Of a stretch of 64,000 nucleotides of DNA, positions 43,625 to 52,163 are shown piece after piece. The position numbers and the translations under genes were made by a program. The stretch is taken from NCBI GenBank assembly GCA_047601665.1, contig JASGIT010000001.1:96638-160637 (forward strand). Reading direction: 5' to 3'. The number at the start of each line of letters is the position of its first letter. Within the stretch, counting starts at the first letter, position 1. The notes under the pieces were generated by a model that saw only the letters and a list, made by a program, of their open reading frames with translations, was not told where the DNA came from and did no database searches. This DNA is from Acidovorax sp. Its GTDB lineage: Bacteria; Pseudomonadota; Gammaproteobacteria; Burkholderiales; Burkholderiaceae_C.

Positions 43625-44176
43625 TCACCAAAGCCCCCTCTTGTTAATCTGCCCGAGCATCACCGTGAGCGCCTGCAGGACATCGGCCTCGCGAAATGCG
43701 GTTTCCACCACGGGCGCAACCGCCGCTGGACTGCCAGCAAGCTCCTGCACCCGGGCAAGCACTTGCTCCATCAGGCTGGTCCGAGGCACCAGCACATAGC
43801 GCACCTCGCAGTCCAGGCCACCGGCCAGGCGAGTCAGCGTTTTCAGTGAAATGGAGCCATCGGCCTCGGCCGCCTCCAGCTTGCGAACGCCCTGGCCACT
43901 CATGCGCAAGCGCTGGCCAAGTGTGTTGGAGCTCATGCCAAACGCCAAGCGGATGGTCTTCGTCCAGCCGCACCGGGGCGTGGCGTGCTGCTGCAGTTTG
44001 GCGAACTCGCGGAACTGGCAGTCAAGCTCGACCAGACGGGTGACGTTCAAGCGGTTTTTCAAAGAAGCGCTGGGGTAGACAGAGGCGGGCAACACGCAGG
44101 TTGCGTTGAGGCCCGGTATGAGCAACCGGGCAGTTTCCATTGGCGGGGCGGAACACGCAGGGTACGCCCTGACCAT
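43625..44176 (-). CDS. HTH protein of the mobile mystery protein A type (XRE-like)
   Basis: The core GWTKTIRLAFGMSSNTLGQRLRMSGQGVRKLEAAEADGSISLKTLTRLAGGLDCEVRYVLVPR matches my recollection of the TIGR02612-type family. The start is uncertain; ATG 44140 is an alternative. Confidence 0.6.
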   Translation of the reverse strand: MVRAYPACSAPPMETARLLIPGLNATCVLPASVYPSASLKNRLNVTRLVELDCQFREFAKLQQHATPRCGWTKTIRLAFGMSSNTLGQRLRMSGQGVRKLEAAEADGSISLKTLTRLAGGLDCEVRYVLVPRTSLMEQVLARVQELAGSPAAVAPVVETAFREADVLQALTVMLGQINKRGLW

Positions 44177-44249
44177 AGATGTTCCGCTATCTTCGCACGC
44201 CTGCCATGGGTAGGACCAATTAGTCCCATATTATTTTTGATAGCGAATC

Positions 44250-44690
44250 ATGTTGTGTGTAGAGAGAACGCAGCTTGGGCAGTTTGATGAAGCCGATCTG
44301 GCATCCTTGGTCAGGGCGGATGGGTGGCAGTCGATCCTGCCCCACGCCCTGCGGGATGAGCAGCTACTGTGCATTGCCGACCAACTGCGGGCCTTGCTAT
44401 CCGGCAAGGGCTGGGACACACCAGAGGAGTCAGGCAGTGCCGCGCTGGCGATGACACTTCTGCTGCTTTCCAAGGGGCGGGCAAAACACAGCCAGGGAAA
44501 CGGCTTGGAGGATGTGGAAATGGCGACCTTGCACGAAGTCATGACGCTGCTCAGCGTCACCGTGGATCGGGAAATCGTCAACCGGGTACTGCATTACCGC
44601 GAGGAGCCAACGGGCCCTGGCCTGCTGCAGGGGATCAAGGAGCTCATTCAGTACAGAGCGATCCCAGCCAGCTCTCCCTGCCTAGCCTAG
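44250..44690 (+). CDS. hypothetical protein (146 aa)
   Basis: Clean ORF with island-type codon usage. No motif recognised. Convergent with the XRE gene, sharing a CTAG stop overlap. Confidence 0.4.
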   Translation: MLCVERTQLGQFDEADLASLVRADGWQSILPHALRDEQLLCIADQLRALLSGKGWDTPEESGSAALAMTLLLLSKGRAKHSQGNGLEDVEMATLHEVMTLLSVTVDREIVNRVLHYREEPTGPGLLQGIKELIQYRAIPASSPCLA

Positions 44691-44998
44691 GCGGACTCGT
44701 CAGAGGCCAGTTCCAGGAAGTCGGCCTTGACGACCTCGAGGACTTTCTCGACCGCAGCGGCATCGAAGTCCGGGCAGTACGCGGCGGTGACGAGCGTCAT
44801 GGGATGGATCTGCAAGGTCTCGGCCAAGTTCTCGATGACGCGAATGCTCGGCACCTGGTGGCCCTGTTCGATGCGTCCGACATGCCGCCGGCTGGTTGCA
44901 AGAAGCAGATCCTCCTGGGTCATGCCACTGGCCGCGCGCATCTGTTGCAAGGCGCGGCCAAAGTCGGCTTTGGGAGGAGGATTTTTGCGAGTCGGCAT
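44687..44998 (-). CDS. XRE-family HTH transcriptional regulator
   Basis: 103 aa from ATG 44998. HTH_3-like block FGRALQQMRAASGMTQEDLLLATSRRHVGRIEQGHQVPSIRVIENLAETL. Confidence 0.7.
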   Translation of the reverse strand: MPTRKNPPPKADFGRALQQMRAASGMTQEDLLLATSRRHVGRIEQGHQVPSIRVIENLAETLQIHPMTLVTAAYCPDFDAAAVEKVLEVVKADFLELASDESA

Positions 44999-45124
44999 TG
45001 ACTCGATTTCCGCCTCGCGAGACCAAAAAGACCACAACCAACTAGTCCCATTTGAAGATCTTGACGCAGACAAAGTATGCCAAGTGCCTCCATGCCTGAC
45101 GCCGAGGAGTTCGTAGGTACCGAA

Positions 45125-45300
45125 GTACCCTTGGCCGTCACAGTCTGGCCCGAGTCACACTTGATTTCCAGGCCATCGGAACACCAGCGCAGGTCGCGGC
45201 GCGAGACCGCCACACGGCCCTCATGGGGCGTGCGGACTGGCGCCGGCGTGGTGCTTGGGCAGTAGCAGGTCGGCAGCCGCCATCACGCGATAAGCGACAA
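45125..45300 (-). pseudogene. IS3-family (IS2-like) OrfB fragment
   Basis: Reads ...HEGRVAVSRRDLRWCSDGLEIKCDSGQTVTA, matching the start of IS2-type integrase cores (..GRVAV....RWCSDGFE..C.NG..). No flanking transposase sequence. Confidence 0.5.
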
Positions 45301-45596
45301 AGAAAGCCTACCTCGACGCCGAGCTTGGATTTCAACCCTTCCGGCCAGGCTGTCTGGCGCGTGCTGCTAGTGGCCATCGGCGCATTCGCGCTCACGATGG
45401 TGATACGTCAGTCGATGGAGCTGCATCTCTCATCATTGAACAGACACAGGTCTTGGTATTGCCAACATCAGCCTAGCCTTCGCCTTCGGGTATCGCTCGT
45501 CAACGCGGCTATGTTGCGGTCGGGCGCGCACGTTGGCTAATCCCTTCACCTTCACTACGGAGCCGGTCGGGTAGTTCACCAGCTCGTCGCGGGCGC

Positions 45597-46289
45597 CCAT
45601 GCGTGCGTGCGCTCGACCACCTAGCGGTGGCGCCCGAGCCGGTCCTTGCGCTCGATGCCTTTGCGGGCAATGCGGTCCTGGATGCCTCGGCGCTTGAGGT
45701 GAGCGCGGCATCTCAGATAGTCATAACCCTTGTCCACATGCAGCTTACCGGGCCGCCAGCGCGGCCGCCCCTGTTTTCCAGCGACCGCCGGCAGCGCGTC
45801 GATCGGTTCCTCGAAGACCACCGAATCGTGGCGGTTGGCTCCGGTGACACAGAAGATCAGCGGGATGCCCTGGCGGTCGGTGACGACGTGGCGCTTGCTG
45901 CCAAGCTTGCCGTGGTACGTGGGGTTGGGGCCCGTGTGCGGCCCCCCGGGGCGGGTCACGCTGGCCCCATCGACGCTGACGCGGCTGAAGTCCAGCCTGT
46001 CGGCACTGCGCAGTTCAGCCAGCAGCAGTTGGTGCAGTCGATGCCACACGCCTGCAGCCTGCTAGTCGCGCAGGCGGCGCCAGCAGGTCATGTCGCTGCC
46101 AAAGCCCATCTCCTGGGGCAGCTCCTCCCAGGGAATGCCCGTGCGCAGCACGAACACGATGCCGTTGAGCGCCTGTTCGTTGCTCAGGCATGGCCGACCG
46201 CCCTTGGCAGAGGGCACCACCACGGGCAGCAATGGCGCAATCTTTGTGTACAGCGCCGCGCTAATTTTTCTGTTCTTGCTTCGACTCAT
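45597..46289 (-). pseudogene. IS5-family (IS427/IS1031-like) transposase with two in-frame amber codons, 3'-truncated
   Basis: One continuous frame reads MSRSKNRKIS...TCWRRLRD-TAG-QAAGVWHRL...LGRHR-TAG-VVERTHAW. The TAGs (46062-46064 and 45621-45623) sit where the family has conserved Trp. Homology ends after ERTHAW. Confidence 0.75.
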
Positions 46290-46337
46290 GCACCAGCAAC
46301 CGTTCAACCCAGCAGAGCCGATGACGGGTATTGTTAG

Positions 46338-47198
46338 CCGCTCTTAGAGCGTGTTTACGATCTCTTTCCCGACAATCCTTGTGTGAAGAGAAAGCAGTAC
46401 CCAAGCGACATCAGTCGAGAGAAGTTTGCCGAGATCGAGCCGCTGCTGCGCAGCGTTCGGCGCAGCACCAAACCGATCAAGCAGGATCTGTACGAGGTGT
46501 TCTGTGCAGTGCTGTACCTGCTTCGCACGGGTTGTCAGTGGCGCTATCTGCCGCCGCAGTTCCCCAAGTGGCACAACGTCTATGCGTACTGGCGCAAGTG
46601 GAGCGAACCTGACCAGCACGGAGTGAGCGTGCTGGAGCAGGCTTTAAAAAAATCAGGTTGGCGCGGCCCGAGAGAGACTGGGGCGCAACGCTTGCAGCGC
46701 GTTCTTGATCGTGGACGCGCAGAGCGTGAAGAACACGGACACGGCAGGGTTTAAGGGCTATGACGCAGGCAAGAAAGTCTCGGGCATCAAGCGACACATC
46801 GCGGTGGACACCCAGGGGCTACCCCATGCAGTGGTGGTAACCACAGCCGAAGTGACTGATCGCAAAGGAGCGCTTGCGGCATTCAAGCGCTGCAAGCAGT
46901 CGTTGGGGCAGGTGCAAAGCGTGCTGACGGACAGCGGCTACACAGGCGAGCCCTTCGCGCAGGGCCTCAAGGACATCCTGGGTGAGCATGTGACGGTGCA
47001 GATTGCCAAGCGAAGCGAACTGCACGCCTTCAAGGTCATGCCCAAGCGCTGGATCGTCGAGCGCAGCTTTGCCTGGCTGGAGAAGAATCGCAGGCTGTGG
47101 AAGAACTGCGAGCGTTGGCTCAACACCAGCTTGCAGTTCGTCCACTTGGCGTTTCTGGCTCTGCTGCTCAGGAGATCGTAAACACGCTCTTAGAGCGG
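46338..47198 (+). mobile_element. IS5-family insertion sequence (861 bp), structurally complete
   Basis: 27-bp terminal inverted repeats with 1 mismatch: CCGCTCTTAGAGCGTGTTTACGATCTC (46338-46364) against GAGATCGTAAACACGCTCTTAGAGCGG (47172-47198). They enclose a two-frame transposase. No clear target duplication seen. Confidence 0.85.
46383..47181 (+). CDS. IS5-family transposase in two overlapping frames (46383-46754 and 46648-47181) bridged at an A7 run
   Basis: OrfA reads MKRKQYPSDISREKFAEIEPLL...YWRKW. OrfB reads ...IVDAQSVKNTD...DSGYTGEPF...WIVERSFAWLEKNRRLWKNCE (DDE). The A7 run is at 46646-46652. OrfB is in the +1 frame relative to OrfA. Confidence 0.8.
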
Positions 47199-47995
47199 GC
47201 AGTTCGCACAGTACACAGCCGGCAGCTACCGCCGAAAGACAATAAACGCTCCGCAACTGTGATCACGATTCCGAAATAGCTGCTCAAGATCTTTCGGAGT
47301 CACGGCTCACGATCACCGGAAACTCATGCCCACACTGGCCCGAACCAAGCATATTCGCCAAGGCCAGTAACGGTTGCTCGATGAGCTGCGCAGGGCGGAC
47401 AAGCTGGACTTCACCCTGCACCGCGAGGCCGGCCTGCTTGCAGAGACGGACTGAATTGAAATGCTCAAGCGGTACGCCGCTGCGAGGGTGTCCCCATCGA
47501 TTGGTCTCGACCGATCGTCGTCAAGGGGACGGAAGAGACGGCGACATTGCGGTACGAAGCAGCCGAACCCGGCTGAACGCCAGCGCGGTGTTCGATCGTG
47601 TGCGGCCGGGCAACTGATCGGTATGAGCCTCAGCGTTGCCCTGTAGCTCTGGGTCAGTTATGGCTGCCTGTTGACGCTCGCGGTGAATTGCCCCAACAGA
47701 GAGAACTAAAGCGCGGCGCAGGCGCACCTCGCGAGCCATCGCGACGACGGGTTCTTCATTGTTTTCTGCCTCGTCCATCCTTGGACCGGGCATGAAACGA
47801 AAGTTCCGACGTTGCCGTGCAGATACGGCACGCCAGCAGAGCTGAGGGAGCACGTCGTCGATCGAGTAAGAGCGCCATCGTCGCCGTTGCCGCCGAAATC
47901 CGTGACCTCCGGCTAGAACTTTCGTTTAGCGTGCTTCGAGGCCCAATTGCATATGATGATGAAGAGGGGGTCTTCCCAGAATCCGAACGGGTGCC

Positions 47996-48646
47996 ATGCA
48001 CATTCTTGTTATCGATGACCATCCGCTGTACCGCGAAGGCTTGAAGGCTCTGCTGTGGGGGCTAAGTGAGAACGTGGATGTCACAGGCGCGTCGTCGCTG
48101 GACGAAGCGATACCGATGCTGCAGGGCGGTCTGAGTTTTGACCTCGTGCTGCTAGACATGAATTTGCCAGGAAGGTCTCACCTTGAAGCACTGACTGCCG
48201 TGAAGGCCGAAGTCGAGGACGCGCCGGTTGTCGTGGTGTCTGGAGACATCGAGCCGGTGCTCATCATGAAAACCATCGAGGCGGGTGCTGCCGGCTACAT
48301 CCCGAAGACAACCGATCAGGCGGTAACGATCAATGCGCTCCGGCTGGTGCTGGCGCACGGCGTGTATCTGCCGCCGGAGGCGTTGCGCGCATCGGGCACG
48401 ATGGAAGCACCGGCCGGGCAGCAGCCATTGCTCAACCTGGACGCACTGAGCGAGCGACAGCGCGCGGTGCTCAAGCGGCTGCTGCAGGGCAAAGCCAACA
48501 AAGTCATCGCTCGAGAGCTGTCCATCGCCGAGGGAACGGTCAAGGCCCACCTGTGGTCCGCCTACCAGGTACTCGGTGTTTCGTCGCGGATGCAGGCCAT
48601 GTGTCGCGTGCATGAACTCGATTTGATGGACGCGCTGGGCGACTGA
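47996..48646 (+). CDS. NarL/FixJ-family response regulator
   Basis: REC domain (MHILVIDDHPLYREG..LVLLDMNLPG..VVVVSGD) plus LuxR HTH (LSERQRAVLKRLLQGKANKVIARELSIAEGTVKAHLWSAY). Confidence 0.88.
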   Translation: MHILVIDDHPLYREGLKALLWGLSENVDVTGASSLDEAIPMLQGGLSFDLVLLDMNLPGRSHLEALTAVKAEVEDAPVVVVSGDIEPVLIMKTIEAGAAGYIPKTTDQAVTINALRLVLAHGVYLPPEALRASGTMEAPAGQQPLLNLDALSERQRAVLKRLLQGKANKVIARELSIAEGTVKAHLWSAYQVLGVSSRMQAMCRVHELDLMDALGD

Positions 48647-48648
48647 AC

Positions 48649-50376
48649 ATGCCCGCCCCGCTCGCGTCCACCGTCGAGCAGGAGCTTCTCGACGCCTATG
48701 CACAGCAGGGACCGCGAGTTCCGATTGCCGTGTTGCTGTCCGCGCTGTTGATCGTCGCAATGGCCTGGAGCACGGCGCCTCTGGGCCTAAGCATGGGGTG
48801 GCTTGCCGCCGTCGCCATGGTCCTGATCATCCGCAGCGCGGTGCATCTGTGGGCTTCCCGGTCGCACCGCGTGCCGACTCGGCGCCGCATGTGGGCGGTG
48901 ACCGTGGTCAGCCTTCTGGGCGGCATCGCACACGGTTCGTCGATCCTCTTCTGGCCTTACCTGTCCGACCTCGAGCGTGCGGTGCAGTCCACTTATGTAC
49001 TGGCGCTTTCTTCGGGGGCGGTCGCGGCGGTAATCGGCTACATGCCGGTCTTCGTGGCGTACATGCTGCCATTGTTTCTGCCGTTGGTGTACAGCTGGGT
49101 CGTGATGCTGGCCACAGCGGCAGACGGGATGCACCGTGGCACGGCGGCTGTGATCTTGCTGCTTTTCAGCATCTACGGCGGCCTGCTGATCGTGCTAGCG
49201 CGCGACACCTTCAACCATTACCGCGAGTCGTTCGACACTCGGTGGAAGCTGCACGAGGCGCTTGAGCGTGCCGAGTCGGCCAGCCGCGCGAAGACCCGTT
49301 TCCTCGCATCGGCCAGCCATGACCTGCGCCAGCCGATGCACACACTCACGCTGTTCGGAGCGGCGCTCGCAGTGATGAGCCTGCCCGACCGCGCGCGCCA
49401 CGTGGTCAGCCAGATGAATCTGGCGCTGCTGGCCCTGAGCGAACAGCTCGACGCGCTGCTCGACGTGTCCAAACTGGATGCGGGCGTGATGCCCGTCAAC
49501 CTGCAGCCGTTGGCACTGCACCGCTTGCTGGAGCCGCTCGGATTGGAGTACGAGGCCGCAGCGCGCCGCAAAGGCCTGGCGTTCAATTTGGCTTGCGAGC
49601 ACGATCTGGTGGCGATGGCCGACCGGTCGCTTCTTGAGCGCGTGTTCCGCAATTTGATCGACAACGCTGTCAAGTACACGGTTGCTGGCCGCGTGCAGGT
49701 CGCAGCGCATGCCGAAAACGGCAACATCATCGTGCGCGTGAGCGACACCGGCATCGGCATTCCCGCGGTCGAGTGCGAACACGTGTTTGAGGAGTTCTAC
49801 CAGATCGGCAACCCTGAACGCGACCGCAGTCAGGGCATGGGCCTTGGGTTGTCGATCGTTCGCCGTCTGGTGGATCTGATGCAACTGACGCTTGAACTTC
49901 GATCGACGCCGGGCGCCGGCACCGAGGTGACGCTGGGGCTGCCGCGCACGTCTCCGCTCGCGCCGATGGCCGAACCGTTAAAGCCGGTACCGGCCGATGT
50001 CGCCGGGTTACATCTGCTGGTCATTGACGACGAAGAACAAGTGCGCCAAGGTATGCAGATCGTGCTCGAAGGGCTGGGCTGCGAAGTGGTCACTGCCCGC
50101 GATCGCGCCACCGCGCATGCCGCCGCCGACCGGCACAGGCCTGACGTGGTGCTCGCCGATTTCAGACTGCGCGGACAGGACACCGGCATCGCGGTCATCA
50201 AAGAGTTGCGCCGCCGCTGGCCTGGTCTGCCGGCACTGCTGGTCAGCGGCGACACCGCGCCAGAGCGTTTGCGGGAAGCCGATGCTGACGGACTGCATTT
50301 GTTGCACAAGCCTGTGCAACCGCATGCCCTGATACAGGCGATCCGCGACGCAGCTGATGGCGTCGTGGGTCGCTAG
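48649..50376 (+). CDS. hybrid sensor histidine kinase / response regulator with a membrane-embedded N-terminal sensor
   Basis: About 6 TM helices, H-box SASHDLRQPMHTL, N-box RNLIDNAVKYT, G-boxes DTGIGIP and GMGLGLSIV, C-terminal REC domain (LLVIDDEEQV..VVLADFRL..LLVSGD). Confidence 0.88.
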   Translation: MPAPLASTVEQELLDAYAQQGPRVPIAVLLSALLIVAMAWSTAPLGLSMGWLAAVAMVLIIRSAVHLWASRSHRVPTRRRMWAVTVVSLLGGIAHGSSILFWPYLSDLERAVQSTYVLALSSGAVAAVIGYMPVFVAYMLPLFLPLVYSWVVMLATAADGMHRGTAAVILLLFSIYGGLLIVLARDTFNHYRESFDTRWKLHEALERAESASRAKTRFLASASHDLRQPMHTLTLFGAALAVMSLPDRARHVVSQMNLALLALSEQLDALLDVSKLDAGVMPVNLQPLALHRLLEPLGLEYEAAARRKGLAFNLACEHDLVAMADRSLLERVFRNLIDNAVKYTVAGRVQVAAHAENGNIIVRVSDTGIGIPAVECEHVFEEFYQIGNPERDRSQGMGLGLSIVRRLVDLMQLTLELRSTPGAGTEVTLGLPRTSPLAPMAEPLKPVPADVAGLHLLVIDDEEQVRQGMQIVLEGLGCEVVTARDRATAHAAADRHRPDVVLADFRLRGQDTGIAVIKELRRRWPGLPALLVSGDTAPERLREADADGLHLLHKPVQPHALIQAIRDAADGVVGR

Positions 50377-51530
50377 ATCAGGTGTGCAAAAGCATGGTCG
50401 CGGTCAGCGCCGTGAGCTGATCGGAACACCACCTCTAGCGGTGCGCCGTCGGTTCCGGTGATCTCGAGGAAGCCGTCGTCGAGGTGCTCAGGGAAGTACG
50501 CCACAACCGTGGCGGTCCAGCTTGCACCTGACGGGCTCACGAAATCGAACGAATCCATCTCAGCGAAGTCCTCCGGCACAGCGTTGGCGAAGGGGTAAGG
50601 TGCGTAAAGCGCCCCGGCGTGCACCGACCACAGCTTGACGACCGTTCGATCCACACCATTGCGCTGGAGCGTGATCTCCGCGACGCAAGGAATGTGCTCG
50701 TCGCCTGAGAGGAACACACAGTTTTTCAAACCGCAGTCGACAATGTGGCCGAGCACCTCGTGCAACGACGAGGGGTAGCCGTCCCACGCGTCGGAACGGA
50801 TGGCCGCACCTGAGGTGCTTTCGACTGTGGTGAGGCGGCGAGGGAGCAATATGGACGACGTCGCGACGAATTTCCACGCTGCGGCGGGCGCTCGGCCAAG
50901 CGTGCTGACGAGAGCGCCCATCTGTTCGCTCGACATGATTCGCGCCGCTTTGAGGTCTCTGGCGTCGCGCACGCTGCGCTCGGTCCGCGAATCGCCGATG
51001 AAGAGGCAATGGCCGGAGAGAAGTTGCGCCGGCCCGAACAGCGACGGCCGCGCAGGCGGATGTTCTATGCCGCGCTGCTTCTGCAAGAAGAGAGAGATGG
51101 CGGCTGCCATATCCGCTTCGAGTTGGCTGTTCCGAGCGACATGCGCACTGGGTTCCCAGTTGTCTCCCACCTCATGGTCGTCCATCAAGGCCACGTGCTT
51201 GAAGTTCTCGATCGCCATGTTGCGCCACACCTCTTTGCCGAGGGTTGCGTAGGCTCGTTCCAACGGCGCGTCCCTTTGTCGGGGATCGAACAGGCCAGCC
51301 GTGGCATCCACGTAGATCTGATCACCGGTCATCACCAGATCGGCACGAGAACTTTGACTAATTTGGATCTCGCTGTTGCGGTGAAGCCATCGCCTGAAGG
51401 CATGATCGGATGGTCCCGGCAGATTGGCAGAGTCAGTCAGTGGCCCGTTAGGTTTTGGACGGCGCGATCGCTCAAGCAGGCCGCCTGGGTATTGGCAGGC
51501 GGCGAGCACCAGGTACACTTGGGTCGTCAC
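50373..51530 (-). CDS. PhoD-like metallophosphatase without a signal peptide
   Basis: Motifs GDQIYVDA, DDHEVGDNW, FLSGDEH. GTG 51530 overlaps the stop of the upstream gene (GTGA). The N-terminus MTTQVYLVLAACQYPGG has no twin-arginine motif. Confidence 0.7.
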   Translation of the reverse strand: MTTQVYLVLAACQYPGGLLERSRRPKPNGPLTDSANLPGPSDHAFRRWLHRNSEIQISQSSRADLVMTGDQIYVDATAGLFDPRQRDAPLERAYATLGKEVWRNMAIENFKHVALMDDHEVGDNWEPSAHVARNSQLEADMAAAISLFLQKQRGIEHPPARPSLFGPAQLLSGHCLFIGDSRTERSVRDARDLKAARIMSSEQMGALVSTLGRAPAAAWKFVATSSILLPRRLTTVESTSGAAIRSDAWDGYPSSLHEVLGHIVDCGLKNCVFLSGDEHIPCVAEITLQRNGVDRTVVKLWSVHAGALYAPYPFANAVPEDFAEMDSFDFVSPSGASWTATVVAYFPEHLDDGFLEITGTDGAPLEVVFRSAHGADRDHAFAHLI

Positions 51531-52150
51531 GGTTGCGACCTCTTGATGACGGCACCGTATAAGGACTGCTCAAGCGCCTTCCTCAAAGCCTCCAGTTCCG
51601 TAGGCGACGCGGAGCCTTCGATCTCCTTAGATCCAAAAAGCAACTGTCCCGACGCGACATGCGCAAACGTCTCGGGAGGGGAGAGGTTGAGTTTGGCGGT
51701 GATGTCCGTCGCAATGTTGGAGACGGCTGTTGCTGTCTCCGGTTCTCCGACGTCACGCAAGACCTGGACAGCCGAAGCGAAGACCTTCATGTATTCCATG
51801 TAGAAAAGAGTGGGCGCCTGCACGATGAACACCACAGCGGCGCCCTCTGCCGTCCCGGTCACGCCGAAATCGAACGCCACATCAGCCGTGCACCCGCCAT
51901 GCTGATCCCTCTTGGCGACGAACGACTTCTTCTTGACTTCCCAGTCGCTTGTAGGAATCCATTCCGGAGCTGGAGGGATCTTGCCTTCGGCGTCGCGTTG
52001 GAGCGCTACAGGGATGGCCCATACCCGCCTCGAATCAGCGTGGCTGTCCAGCTTCGCCGTTGCCTTCACGACCGTTCCGCTGGAAGTTTCGTTCTGCAGA
52101 CCGTCTGCCGGGAGCGCGTGGTACCCATACAAAGTATCGAGAGTAGCCAT
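51527..52150 (-). CDS. hypothetical protein (207 aa), middle gene of the GMC/PhoD-like operon
   Basis: ATG 52150 with an AGGATAGG-type SD, 13 nt after the stop of the upstream giant gene. No motif recognised. Translationally coupled to the downstream gene. Confidence 0.55.
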   Translation of the reverse strand: MATLDTLYGYHALPADGLQNETSSGTVVKATAKLDSHADSRRVWAIPVALQRDAEGKIPPAPEWIPTSDWEVKKKSFVAKRDQHGGCTADVAFDFGVTGTAEGAAVVFIVQAPTLFYMEYMKVFASAVQVLRDVGEPETATAVSNIATDITAKLNLSPPETFAHVASGQLLFGSKEIEGSASPTELEALRKALEQSLYGAVIKRSQP

Positions 52151-52163
52151 GTTGCCTATCCTT

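Noticed and set aside
47255-47340. Short hairpin (TCCGAAA...TTTCGGA) and loosely repeated TCACGAT-type words just right of the IS5 element.
   Set aside because: The arms are only 7 bp with a 15-nt loop, there is no T-tract, and the repeats are imperfect. Not enough to call a terminator, att site or MITE.
47521-47853. 110-aa minus-strand ORF upstream of the response regulator.
   Set aside because: It has no recognisable motif or convincing SD. It sits in a region that looks like promoter or scar sequence. Coding status cannot be supported from sequence alone.
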